From positions 22,816,001 to 22,880,000 of the forward strand of contig OX597814.1 of NCBI GenBank assembly GCA_951406725.2: a stretch of DNA of 64,000 nt. The letters are read 5' to 3'. Below, piece after piece: positions 51,130 through 64,000 of the stretch. The position numbers were made by a program, and so were the translations under genes. The notes beneath the pieces are model-generated. The model saw nothing but the letters and a program-made list of their open reading frames with translations. It made no database searches and was not told where the DNA came from. Each line of letters begins with the position of its first letter. Position 1 is the first letter of the stretch. The stretch comes from Octopus vulgaris. Lineage: Eukaryota.

Positions 51130-51660
51130 TCAAGTTCTTTCCAGAGTCTGAGTTTAACAGGTGGATTGGAAGAGTAGCCACAACATTTGTCAGGCTGGAA
51201 ATACGAGTCTGTAAAAAACTGTAAGCCAATGCTGCATACCAAGCTGTAATCTATATATCATTTGTCCTCACCACAATGATTTACGACAGCGAGATTTGTA
51301 GCCTTTGCTACAGACAAAAGTTGCTCTTCAGTTAATTCTACCAGTTCAACCAGAAACAGATCCTATACATCAAGAAGACTAATTGGGTCACTTAAAAATA
51401 AAAGTGCAGCTCACACTCAGATACTTTACAATGATGCTCCTACCAGTTGGATCACATATGCTCTATGTCAGAAGTGGGGTCCAAAAAACATCCATTGTAT
51501 AGTAAGCTACCTTCTGACAAGAGAACGCAGGAGGGATCTATCTTTTTCGCCACTAAGATAGCTGCAAGATAAATATGAAATCAATACAAATGTTGGAAAG
51601 TGAGCTAACATTGCATGTGACCAGTTCCACTGTGCTGTGTGGAGATGGACATACCAATAA
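51130..51660 (+). mobile_element. Degenerate RTE (BovB-like) LINE fragment
   Basis: TKL..Y...VLTTMIYDSE; LDHICSMSE...K..LYSKL...KR..GG...D..K.NMK. Confidence 0.55.
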
Positions 51661-51684
51661 AAGACCAAAGTTTCCTCTGTCTTA

Positions 51685-51999
51685 GGGTGGAGTGAAAATA
51701 AAAAGTTGTAGAAATTGAAAATGCCTGAGGGGTAAAATGTTGCTATATTTACATACTAGAAAAATGCTATATTTTCACTGAGATCAATCAAGAGTATTTA
51801 CTTCCTCAAGCTCCCAAAACTTCGAAAATGGGGTATTTTGTAGATTTTTTTACAATAGCGGAGTTTGAGGAGTTTGAAGGAGTAAATGCCCATAACTGAT
51901 CTAAGCAAAAATTTAGCATTTTTCTAGTAATAATATATAGCAAGAGTTTAAGCCTCAGGCATTTTAAATTTCCTCAATTTTTTTATTTTCACACCACCA
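51685..51999. mobile_element. Foldback MITE (PIF/Harbinger-like)
   Basis: Imperfect palindrome over its whole length (gggtggagtgaaaataaaaa / tttttattttcacaccacca; aaaatgcctgagg / cctcaggcatttt; actagaaaaatgcta / tagcatttttctagt); TTA and TAA flanks. Confidence 0.75.
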
Positions 52000-52279
52000 T
52001 AACACACATGTATGTGTGAGTGGGTATTTAGATTGTGTAATCTAGGGTGGAGTGAAAATAAACTAGAACAATGTGAAATGAAGTGTTTTGCTCAAGAACA
52101 CATGTCGCCTAGTCTAGGAATTGAAACCACAATCTTATGATCCTGTGTTCAACACTCTAACCACTAAGCCATGCACCTCCATACTAGAACGGAATGAAGT
52201 AAGATTTGCACTTTGACTTCATAAAACCCTCACCAGCCCCGACTACCCAAAATAGACCCTTGGGCTGGAAGGTTCTCAC

Positions 52280-52590
52280 TTGAGTGGTGCAAAGGTGTCA
52301 TCTGCAAGAAATAGGGAATCACCAACAAATTATTGATGCAGTGGTGCACAGTTACAGTGCATGGCCCCATACTGTTATTACTTCCACTGGAGGTTGTAAC
52401 TAAGAATACATTTAAATTGACAAGATAAAGATTGAGGTTTGTTATGGATAAAAATGTAGCCAATGGAAATACGGAACCAGGACAACACTGATAGATAGTA
52501 CCTTCAAATGCAGTCATTGCAGATGGTACTGCCACTCTCATATTGGTTTTAATAGCTATGGGAAAAGCTGCTTTGCAATCAAAACCAAAG
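52280..52590 (-). mobile_element. Degenerate LINE reverse transcriptase fragment
   Basis: CPGSVFPLATFLSITNL (PQGS-like) followed in a shifted frame by LFLADDT. Confidence 0.5.
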
Positions 52591-52667
52591 CAAGAAACTT
52601 CAGCTATTGATACGAAGTCTCACAAAACTAATGGCTATCATGCTTTTCTTTGCATGTGTGGGTGTGT

Positions 52668-52704
<37 letters not shown>

Positions 52705-52705
52705 G

Positions 52706-52945
52706 TAAAAAGCACCATTTGAGCATGGCCATTGCCAGCACCGCCTGACCGGCCCTTGTGCTGGTGGCATGTAAAAGCACACTACACTCTTGGAGTGGTT
52801 GGTGTTAGGAAGGGCATCCAGCTGTAGAAACTCTGCCAGATCAGATTGGAGCCTGATGCAGCCATCTGGTTCGCCAGACCTCAGTCAAATCGTCCAACCC
52901 ATGCTAGCATGGAAAGTGGATGTTAAATGATAATGATGGTGATGA
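52706..52945 (+). mobile_element. SINE-like family C, 5'-truncated
   Basis: Conserved body and tail. Confidence 0.85.
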
Positions 52946-52974
52946 TATTAGAGAGAGAGAGAGAGAGAGAGAGG

Positions 52975-53047
<73 letters not shown>

Positions 53048-53689
53048 GAAGACTCGCCTTATTTTCTCTGATGAGCATATCAACTTTGTTATAGTTGCTC
53101 ATAAATACATGCATATATGCTGGCATCTCTTTACCAGATTTATAAAGTGCATTTATACATACAGTAGATATCATCTTCAGCACATTGTTGGTATTAAATT
53201 GGTTTACAGGATAAAGATGAAATTGTGTGAAATAATTTAAATAAATTGAGATTATTAAAGAGAAAATGAGATTGGCTGAGAAAAAAGAGATTGAAGAGAA
53301 AGAACAAGGGAATGAAAGAAAAGTGCGACGATGGTTCATTTATATTTTGACACTAAAACAGATATGATGAAATTGGTTAGACATAGCTGCGAGATTTGAT
53401 TGATATGAAGATAATATCATATTTGACCTTTCATAATGTCCATCCCAATCACTTACATAGAATGCAAAAGTAGAGAAAGAAGGACGACTGAAACGGTATT
53501 GATTGTGGAATCATCATATTTTTATTTTTGTATTTTTTGTTTTTGTTTTTTTTTTCTTTTTAATTCTAACTACGATGGAACTCTGTGGACTTAATTATCT
53601 TTAATTGGCATGTATTTAATAGAAAATATAACAACTTGCTATCTAATTAGATGCTTATGCAATTTTCTAACTCATCTAATCTTTTTTTT

Positions 53690-54110
53690 ATTATTATTGT
53701 TATTTTCATTAACACCACTATTATTACTATTATTATTGTTATTATTGTTATTACTATTATTATTGTTGTTGTTGTTGCTGCTGTTGTTGTTATTATTACT
53801 GCCACTTACTTGTTCATGACGTTTTTCTTATTTCTTTTACACTACTTCAGCTTCTTGCTATTATCATTTTGCTATTATTATTACAATCTCCTTGTAATAA
53901 ATCATCATCATCGTCATCATCAACAACAACAACAACAGCAGCAACCACAACAACAACAATACCATAGCAGCAACAATAGCTGCCATACCAGCTCCACCCT
54001 CTTTAACTTCAACATTATTAATTTCACTATTGTTATTGCTGATGGTTAGAGTTATGATGGAGACATTATTGTTGATTTTATTATTACTGCTGTTGTTGTT
54101 GTAGTTGCCG

Positions 54111-54187
<77 letters not shown>

Positions 54188-54190
54188 TCT
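53690..54190. repeat. Compound trinucleotide microsatellites (TTA/TTG/CAA/CAT)
   Basis: Directly visible. Confidence 0.9.
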
Positions 54191-55010
54191 ATTTCTGTTT
54201 CTATTCAATTTAATAGCTTATTTTCTTACTTTATTTCAAACTTTATTTTCATTCTTTTTCTTTAATGAGGATCTCTAATTGAAGTATCTACTCATTACCA
54301 TAACACATCAATATATTTTGTATACTTGCATAGTTAAAATTTCATTGAGAAAATTTGTTTTCATTTCACACATATCTAATTTATTTTAGTATGTAGAATG
54401 TCCTTACCAAAACAAAATCTGATAAATTTTAATTACTAAAATTACATCTCACTTGAGAAATAGAAATAATAACAATAAAATTTTTGTACTGGAAATCAAA
54501 TAAATTATATAGATATAAACCATCTTAGAAATTAATTGTTTTATTGAAAATTTGAAAAGAGAATTTAAGTGACAATAGCACAGACCTTTCAAGCCAGAAT
54601 AAAAAAATTAAATATTATATTAGTAATATTTAACAGAATCAGTAGAAAAGTGAGACAAAATGACATGTGATGTTTACTTATGACTGTTAACATTCTGAGT
54701 TCAAAACTTAATGGGGGTTAGTGAAGTAAAGTACAAGGTAAATAATATTGGTGGGGTGATGTAATTAATTAAACCCTATGATTATCAGTATGGTTATAAA
54801 GCTGTTAGCTGGCAGAGTCATTAGTGCATTTTGCACAATGCTTAGTGGTATTTCTTCCAGATCTCAGTTCAAATTCCAGTGAGGAGTGACTTTACCTTTT
54901 ATCCTTTTGTGGGTTAACAACGTATGTAACTATTAAGCCCTAGGTTTGATGTAATCGACTAGTTCTTTCTCCCAAAGCATTTCAGTCCTTGTGTCTATAG
55001 TAGAAAGGAT

Positions 55011-55200
55011 CATTACCCCTGCCTTAGCGAAGGCAGAGGTATTGTTTTCAGTGATGTTTGCTTGTTTGTTTGCCTGTAGACAAGATACCCCAAGAACCGC
55101 TGGATAAAACTTTCAGGGATGTTTGGCTTTGTGCTAGTCATGAACGGGTTAGATTTTGAGATTGATCTGGAACCGGACAACGATTCTGAATTATTTTCCC
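55011..55200 (+). mobile_element. HINE/Helentron-like non-autonomous element, 5' fragment
   Basis: 5' hairpin cc.ctgcctt agcg aaggcag agg followed by tattgttttc, a (GTTT)n microsatellite and ggat..aaactttcagg. Confidence 0.55.
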
Positions 55201-58200
55201 TGTTTTTTTTAATTAAAATATTGAGCCATGTATTGATGGAGAACATTAGTAAATGCTTCATCTAGAAGTTTGGGATTGTATTCGAAGCAACAATAGTTTA
55301 TTTCCCCTGATATCAATTATATCTGCCACAGAAATATCTGTTCCACTTCTGTTGTAGGGAATAATACAATATTTCTTTCTTTTAATTGTATGTCTTTGCT
55401 GGAACCTTTGTCTTCGTTGTTTATTTTTATGCTCAAGTTATGCTCATTTTCTTTTTTCTTGTTTCATTCTTTTCTCAAACCTATGCAGTAAGACATACTT
55501 TCCACCTTTTCAATCAGCCTTTATTTTGTTGTCTTGAATGGGAAGGCTCAGTAAAACATTACAGTCTTTATTCTACAGTCTACTGTCTTAAAAAGAAGGC
55601 AGAGTGAATTTGTGAGAGAGGGAGAAAGACAAGGCTGTCAAGATATGGACTGAAGGCTCTTGATAACAGTTTAGCCTATTTCAGATCGAACAGGTACCTA
55701 AACAACAACTAGAGCATCTTTCTTTTGTTTCTTTGAATTCTTGTTCTTCCTTATTATTAAGTTTGCATTGCTTTTTGGTAGTTTGAGAAACAGGGGATAA
55801 TGTACTGTATTTTGCTGTGGAACTCATTTATATAATAGTTTTCTCAGTTAGCTCCTGTTGAATTATTTTCTTGCCTATTTGACTGTCTGTTATCTATTGT
55901 CTTATTTCCTCAATAGCCTCCTACACCATCAGCTTTAGTTGCTGAACATAGCATTGTATATATTAGCAGCTGGTTTATATATATGTTATATTTGTGTAAT
56001 TTATTTGCCATGTAATTATTTATATAATGTGATTATTTATATAATATGATTAGCTAGCTTGATAAGAGTGTAATTTTGTATGCTATATGACACCTGACTG
56101 GTTTGTGATCTGTCTTCAATTTATTTTTTATCTTTTATCTTTCCAAATTTTGGTTTAATTTCCTTCGTTATACTCTGAATGTGGCTGCAATCATTTATTT
56201 CTGTTAACACTGGACATTTATTTTCCTTATTTATATTTGTCTGTGCTATGTATGACATTGTGTCTTCCTTGATTTTTGTTACTACAGCTGTTGTTATTGA
56301 TTAGCCCCAGGTCAACATTAACAACCAAAGGCATTCCAGCAGTACCATCTTATCTTTTTGCATATTTTTATTTTTGACTACATTTACCAGTGCCGCTGAC
56401 TTTGCCACAGTTAGGGATCAGTAGCAAAAGAGGATTGGCCACTGTTGAGTGCCCAACACCTGTTATGTTGTAGACTACACTGAATGGGAAGAGATGAGGA
56501 TGGGAAGAGAAGAACAGCACTGACCAATATATCATTCCTTTTCCCAGGTAATTTGGTTTTATTAGAATTCATTATTATCAACTTTTAAGTGTTTCTTCTT
56601 TATATGCTAGGGAAGACCTGTCCATTCCATGCAAACTGGTAAAACTTGCTTAAAATGATGGCAATGATGATGATGTTGATGGTGTGTCTGTCCAGTAAAT
56701 GTTTTTCAGATACTCTTTTCAAGGGTCCAGATTCATGAACTCTGGCCATGCTAGGACACCACTTTCTAGGGTTCTTGCCAATTTCAGTCTTGTACCTAGT
56801 TTATCAATTTTGATTTATTGAGGTTATTGTTCTGTAGTGGGAAACAACTCTACATATCTTTCTACACCAGTATACAGAAGTAGTATCTTGAAACTTCATT
56901 TTTGTTTATATTCAGCAATACAAATTTTTTTTTTTTGATTTTCAGGATGTTTCCTAATTTAACAAAGAATGGGACTTGAAATCTATGTAAAATTCCTATT
57001 GTAGCCCTGAGTCAAAAGAAGGTTAAGATTGAAAGATTGACTAATGTATCTGATCCAAAGAAACAGACACTACATTTCATGGTAGTTTTACAGCTCAGAA
57101 ATAGCAGTTAAAAATATCCTTCAAATCATATCCCACTGGCTTTAAAAAGGGAGCACACAGTAGATAAGGTGTTCCAAGATATACATAAATGACATCTTTT
57201 ATGTTCAGCTAGGACTACATCATAGAATATGTAATTCTTTTTTGGTTGCACACTGTCTGAATATTAGAATACCTTTGACCATCTATCTGTTTAATCAGGA
57301 CTAACCTGGGGTTAAACAAAGCAATCTATTGTAATTCTCCAGCTGCTTCAGTCTCATTAACAAGCTCTTTCTGTATTTATTGTTTTCAACTCATTGAAAT
57401 CACATTATTGATAGGTCTAGAAAAAAAATGTATATTGATTTAATTATATTATATTCTAGCCTCCTTGAAATGTTCAGAATCATGATAGAAGACTAGTCAC
57501 TATTACTCTCATAGTTGAGACATAATGCAGTGTAATAGCAATGAGTGAACTTGAAGTAAACAAGCAATAAAATGCTTTAAAATCGAGCCTTCAGCTACCG
57601 ATATCAATCACAAACTTTTTCTCTTATTTTTTTTTTTGTCTGCATGCATTCAAGAACAATAGCCTCATTGGGTGTTTGAACTTAAAGAGTAATTCAACAG
57701 GTCAATCATTGGTTTATTGTATTGTCAAAAATGTGAGTGACTTGAAGTGATATGCATTTGGCTTTTGAAATGTTTCAAAAATAAAATTTTCTTACCTAAA
57801 AGTTGTGAAAATGCTTAATTTTTCTCAGTAGCACATGATTTTTGTTTAAGTGTTCAAATTTTTCTCATCAACATGACTTCTCTTAGTGGTAAAATTTAGT
57901 TTCATTTCATTTATTATTACTAATTATTTTCCCATTCATTCTTCATTGTCTTCTATTAAATACACCATTTATAGTCATTAGCTTTTTGAGATTTTTTTGT
58001 TATTTGTAGTGTTCATTTTTAACCAGTATTATGTCCTTATATTTCATGATCCATGAATTTGTTCAGTTTTCATGGATCATAGAATCTAATGACATAACAT
58101 TCATAACTCTGTTAATTGGAACTTTGTGAAAATGTATTGGATGTGATCTGGTTGTCAACCATGTTCATTGTGGGTTACAGTGCTAAGTTCTCCCTGAGGA

Positions 58201-59303
58201 TGGAAGTCTGAATGAATATGGGACTACAGTGACATAATTACTTAGAAGACAATTGCATATGTAACAATTGTTCAGGCAACAATTGATTATAGAGTTTTTT
58301 GCTGAACAACTTCAATTGTTTTTATTGTAAATGAAGATTTTGAAAAATGATGGAAATTTTTATTATATAACAGAAAAGTGTCCAAACACCCATCTCCTTT
58401 TCCATGTTTGTTGATGTTTACATCTTAGTCACTGCAATGTAAATAGCTGCACTTATGTTGACTATTCCAAATCCTTGGTAAAAAATACATGAAATTATGT
58501 TCCACTATGATCTCTACAAATGCATTGAGCTTAATTACTTTTGTAAAACTATATATAGATCTTTTAACCTAACTGTTTTATAGAATAATTTATGAAGTTG
58601 TCTAATGTCTAAACAGTTTAAAATGTCTGGTACTCTTTTCATCTTACTCAGAGTACTTTCAGGAAAAATTTGTGAAGAAACTGGAGCAAAAAGGACTTTC
58701 TAAGTGTTATTTTAATGAAATAGTGAAGTACAGAAGGCTTGTGTTATAAGGTTAAAGAATATATTTAAGTCGTTATGTTAGAAAAATGTTATAAAATTTT
58801 GTGTATAGTTTTTGGAGAAATAACCGGTTTCAAATTTTCTTTTCGAATTTCTCAAATTTCTTTACCTACATCGTGTCATGTCTTCGCTATGTTGTGAAAT
58901 ATGGAGTTCCAGGCAGGGGAAGGTAATCAGGGATAAATATATATATATATATATATAGTGTACTGTTCTGTAATGGTAAGATCAATAAAAAAGTATTCAA
59001 TCTGGTGAGAGATAACTATTATATGTAATATTTATATGTGAATGTAAGTTGGTGTCACCTTTTCCTGGTATCACTTGGTAGTTGAAATGAATGGCCCCAT
59101 CATACAGCAGTGTTCTTCATTCCCAATCTCCTGTAGAAAGCATGTCAGGCTATGGAGAAACATTACTTGACTTGGAAACATGTAGGATCGAGGATAGTGA
59201 GGCTATCCAAATATAGAAAATCTGCTTCTGAAAATTCCAGCTAGCCCATGTGTACATACAAAAGTGGATATTAAAACAATGGTGATGATGACGATGTGTG
59301 TGC

Positions 59304-59368
<65 letters not shown>

Positions 59369-59679
59369 CCTATGCAATAACTGTCTACGCTGCTATCCAC
59401 TCACATTTGTGAATTTACTGCTACCTTTGTAAAGGTAATAAAGTAATTATTATTACCATTACCATTATCAAGGTGCAGTCAATTACTTGGGTTATTAAAC
59501 TGCATTCTTTTATGTTCTAAGTTCAATTCCCACTAGGGTTGACTTATCTTGAACTACTCAACTACTGGAGAAAATTCAATACAGCCAATTAACCAACTAG
59601 AAGTAGCAGCTACATCTCCCTCATATCATACTTTGCTGCTTTAAATACAGAAAGGACACATTGTATAATGTAGTCCTAT

Positions 59680-60070
59680 TTCTTTACTGCCCACAAGGGG
59701 CTATACACAGAGAGGACAAACAAGGACAGACAAACGGATTAAGTCGATTATATTGACCCCAGTGCGTAACTGGTACTTATTTAATCGACCCTGAAAGGAC
59801 GAAAGGCAAAGTCGAGCTCGGCGGAATTTGAACTCAGAACATAGCGGTAGACGAAATACCTATTGTTTTACTACCCACAAGAGGCTAAACACAGAGAAGA
59901 CAAACAAGGACAGACAAACGGATTAAGTCGATTATATCGACCCCAGTGTGTAACTGGTACTTATTTAATCGACCCTGAAAAGATGAAAGGCAAAGTTGAC
60001 CTCGGCGGAATTTGAACTCAGAACATAATGGCAGGCAAAATACCACTAAGCATTTCGCCCAGTGTGCTAG
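59680..60070 (-). mobile_element. SINE family B with tandem-duplicated body and 14-bp TSD
   Basis: TSD taatgtagtcctat at 59666-79 and 60071-84; same body-body junction as 25554-25972. Confidence 0.9.
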
Positions 60071-63000
60071 TAATGTAGTCCTATATACCCTAAAAAGACA
60101 AGAATGCTTATAGCTCTTATGTTCAAGGCTAAGCTAGGGCTAGATAGCAACAATAAGAACAACAACGTTTCACCCCACCGCCACAATTTGCAATCTTGTG
60201 CTGAAGGTAGAAATTAATATCATTTTTATTGGTTTTGCTTCTGTTGATTTTATTATAATTTTACCAGATTTTACTTTATTTTTCTTAGCTCAAGAATCAA
60301 TAAAATCCTTTACAGGATATACTAGGGCTGATTCAAATATCTCTGTTTCTGCCAACAAGTTTGAGATCTGCTGTTTATATTGTCACAAGGGGGACACATA
60401 CTCCATTGATATCATTCATTTCTCTTAGGTGCTGTAAGTTTATTAACATTTTTATTTCTCTTTTATTATTCATGTTTGCCTGGGAATGTGAGCTTTCCCT
60501 ATGTGCACACCCTTTGATGTTCATGCATGGCAGTTACATTTAGACATCTTTTGCATTTATTGCATTAATAATTTTTACACGATGATGAGCAAAGGCAGTG
60601 AGATTATTAACTTCATAATGATCATATGTTTCCAATAACCAGAATGATCATAAAGATTATGGGTCTCCATTGCTTTAAATAATACACACCTATGACCTAG
60701 CTCATTTTACCTGATACATATGTTGATTGACATTCTCTATGATCCTTTACTGAGGTTAATTTAAATTTGAAGGTGAAGCTGATAATGATGACAGTAATAT
60801 CAGTGCTGACTATTCAGTGCACATTGTTCTGTTTTCTAATCTAAGAGTCATTTTGTAACATTACCAAGTCATAAAAAATGTCAAACTACTCTTAAAATTA
60901 TTAAAAATAAAATTTCATTACTCTTCAACTACTGGTTTGGATGTATTGTAAATATGCAATACAAATTCTCATAATTTCTCACAAGTTCTTGATACTCCAA
61001 ATGTCAGAATGGAAATATGAAATAAAAATACATACAGAAAAATAGATGCTGCTTTTAAACTAATAGAAATATTCAGAAATGTATTAAAATATCTATTTGA
61101 AAAAAGTATAGATCATGAGGAAACTAATGATATCTTCAGAGGGCAAATAAGATTTCTAAAAATGAAAGTGGCATGAGATTTGTGTTTCAGCTTTTGTGGG
61201 TTGGGTCCTTCTTCAAATAAATGATAAAGTAGCCTTCTTGTTTTCAATTTAAAAGATTTGGAAACTATAACTGCTATATATTTAAAAAAAAAACATTCTA
61301 AAAACTGATATATATTTCTTCAGTTTTGCAATTATATTGCAAGACCTGATGCTTATAATATTTAACAGTTACTCTGTCTTGCTTAAACTGTACCTTATGA
61401 ATTTGATTATAAATTACAAAGATTCTTAAGGCTTAAATTGCAATTCTCATTTCATTAAGCAGATGAGACACAAATCTCTCTACCTCTTGACAAGGTGTTA
61501 ATCTACTACTGAATTCTAAGGAAGAATCTTATAACGTTTTCATAAGCTATGCAAGCAGAACTATTGTAAATGTGAATCTCATTGCATTCTCTTGGCATTT
61601 ATGAAGCCTAATCATTATAGAATGACAAGTTAGATTTGTAACATTCATAATGTTCCAAAGTCATTAGTAATTTAAGAACTGTTAAAAACAAATACAATCA
61701 GAATTTTTCATCAGGGAGAAAAGCATTGACCATGGCCACTTACTAGTTCTCTGAGACTGGTAGAAGGAAGAGAGGAAAGTGTTCTCTGCTCTAAATATTT
61801 ATTACAGAGTGGATGCCATTAGGGCACTCAAGGTTCCACATAGTGGTGTTAAACAGGGCAATGATGAACAAAGTGGGATATAGCAGGATTTGAAATCAGA
61901 AAACAAAGAACCAACCAGTCAAAACATGGAACAAAACGTTCCCACAGTTTCCACAGTTCATATTTCCTTGGATTGGCATTTTTCTTTATTGAAACGGAAA
62001 AGATAGAGAGCAAAGATGATTTCAACAGGATTTGAACTCAGAGCACAGAGAGAAGTGGAATGCACACTGCAAAAGTATTCTGGTCAAATCTTCAAATAAC
62101 TATACCAATTCACTGCCCTCAGGTCAAGGAATGGTCTACCAAGAACTTAATTTGTTTTCTTTTTTTTACATTGTTTATATTCTAATCATTGCATTGAGTA
62201 TAAAATGTAGTACCATATAAACAAAATTTATTATAACTTTTTCTAATCATTTTCCTCAGTAAGGTACTGTGTCACTGTATAAGACTGGATTTTTCTTAAG
62301 CAATAAAAGTAAGTGAAATCAAATGGCTACATTGATAACAGTCCTAAAATATCAACATTTTAGAATACCAACAGGAATTTCACACTCCATGTAAGGAAAT
62401 TGTGCTTGAAATTTGTACTCAATGAATTCTGTCACTAACTTCTCTTTCATTTAATGTGATTTAACATTGCTTTCATTTAAGTTGACAGTAAATCGGCTTC
62501 TCTTTCCTTCTCATACAACACTTGCCACTATTATTATCACCACCATTTCCAACACCTCCACCACTACCGTCACCATCACCACTTTATTTCTCATTCCACT
62601 CTTGCTGTCTTTAAACACACATTTTATTTTTTGCTCAACTCTTTCTAGCTTCATTACAACCTCTTCTAACAAGATTCACCTGTTTCTTTCTTTGCTTATT
62701 TCACTCTTTCAGAATTATTTTCTTTATTTCTCCCCTTCTGTTTTTATTTTTTATTACTCTCTTCACATCATACTTCCATTCTCTTTATTTTGTATGTTTT
62801 CATTTTCTTTCTCTTTCAGATCTTCACCATTTCTTCCCCTCTTGTGTTTTATTTTTGTCTTTATTCTCTTCCACTTCTGTTACTTTTCTCTCTAGTTTTG
62901 TGTTGTTGCTTGTATACTTTTTATATCTATATATTTCTTTTCTTTTTTGTATTTCTGTCTATTACATCGTTTCTTTCTGTGGCATTTTGTCTCTGTAATA

Positions 63001-63190
63001 TTGTTCAGTAACTTTCATTTTCTCTCTTCTTCTTTTTCTTCATTGTTAGTAGTAAAGTCAATGCAGTGATCAGAATACTGAAATTATTAGCTGCAACATC
63101 ACTGAAATCGATGTTTACTGGTAGTACACTTGACACCTGCAGTTTAGTGGTTCAAATTCCATTGATATCAGCATAGACCTTTACCATTCC

Positions 63191-63235
<45 letters not shown>

Positions 63236-63527
63236 CAAAGATTCCATTGATTAAAGTTGACTATGCATCCTCACAAGTATGTGTAGACCCAGGTAAGTTA
63301 ACTGAAGAAGACATTAAATTTCCCATGCTTACAAAACACCCCTCTCCATGATGCTGAAATTTACATAAGGAAAAGGCTACTGTCTTGGACCCAGCTAGCT
63401 TGACATTGCTATCAGCACAGAGAGCTGATTCAATATTCTTTCTTTTGGAACCATCACTGAGTAATTTATATGCATTAAATTTTTAAATGTAATGATAAAA
63501 TGTAATAATTTAAAAATTTTCACCATA

Positions 63528-63869
63528 GGCATAGAAGTGGCTGTGTGGTAAGTAGCTTGCTTATGAACCACATGGTTCTGGGTTCAGTCCCACAGTGTGG
63601 CACCCTGGGCAAGTGTGTTCTACTATTGCCTCGGGCTGACCAAAGCCTTGTGAATGGATTTGGTAGATGGAAACTGACAGAAGCCCATCATATATATGTA
63701 TGTGTGTGTATATGTTTATGTGTCTGTGTTTGACCCCCAACATTGCTTAACAACCGATGCTGGTGTGTTTATGTCCCCATAATTTAGCAGTTTGGCAAAA
63801 AGAGACCGATAGAATAAGTACTAGGGTCGCAGTCAAATGACTCAAACAAATATAAGAGTAAAAGAGTAA
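63528..63869 (+). mobile_element. SINE family A
   Basis: Matches 10423-10840 with a 3' deletion. Confidence 0.88.
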
Positions 63870-64000
63870 AATAAAATCTATTAGGAAGCGAGGCTGCACA
63901 CATTTGAGGACTGGCTACATGTAAAACCATCCCTCAAAGAACAAACAGTACAAGACACAAAACGAAGAACCATTGTGGAAAAAAGGAATATTAGAGACAT

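Noticed and set aside
62467-63011. Hydrophobic 142-aa ORF resembling a membrane protein
   Set aside because: Pyrimidine-rich low-complexity DNA yields F/L/S/I-rich ORFs by chance; no motif support.

Overview
AT-rich, microsatellite-dense eukaryotic DNA. The SINE families and repeat landscape point to a cephalopod (Octopus-like) genome; this is an inference. I find no credible host protein-coding gene: almost all listed ORFs are translations of microsatellites, satellites or SINEs. The window is a patchwork of repeats. It holds several SINE families, a near-full-length mariner (16527-17818), and relics of hAT, Chapaev3-like, DD37D/maT, CR1-like, RTE and R4/Dong elements. It also has MITEs, a probable solo LTR, a HINE/Helentron-like fragment, a 3.3-kb composite satellite with internal inversions and a 100-N assembly gap. 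The most striking unannotated signal is a set of type I hammerhead ribozyme (HHR) motifs: seven motifs at five loci (9268-9348, 13457-13534, 17969-18010, 20377-20437/20589-20649, 37276-37328/37337-37389) plus a half-deleted relic (44801-44899). All have a palindromic or near-palindromic helix III. Most sit in inverted-repeat or fully palindromic non-coding elements next to (TA)n tracts, the architecture of Penelope-like/retrozyme-type elements. Two loci have non-canonical catalytic cores: a compensatory U3:A8 pair at one and U4C at the other. All structures were read by eye, not computed.
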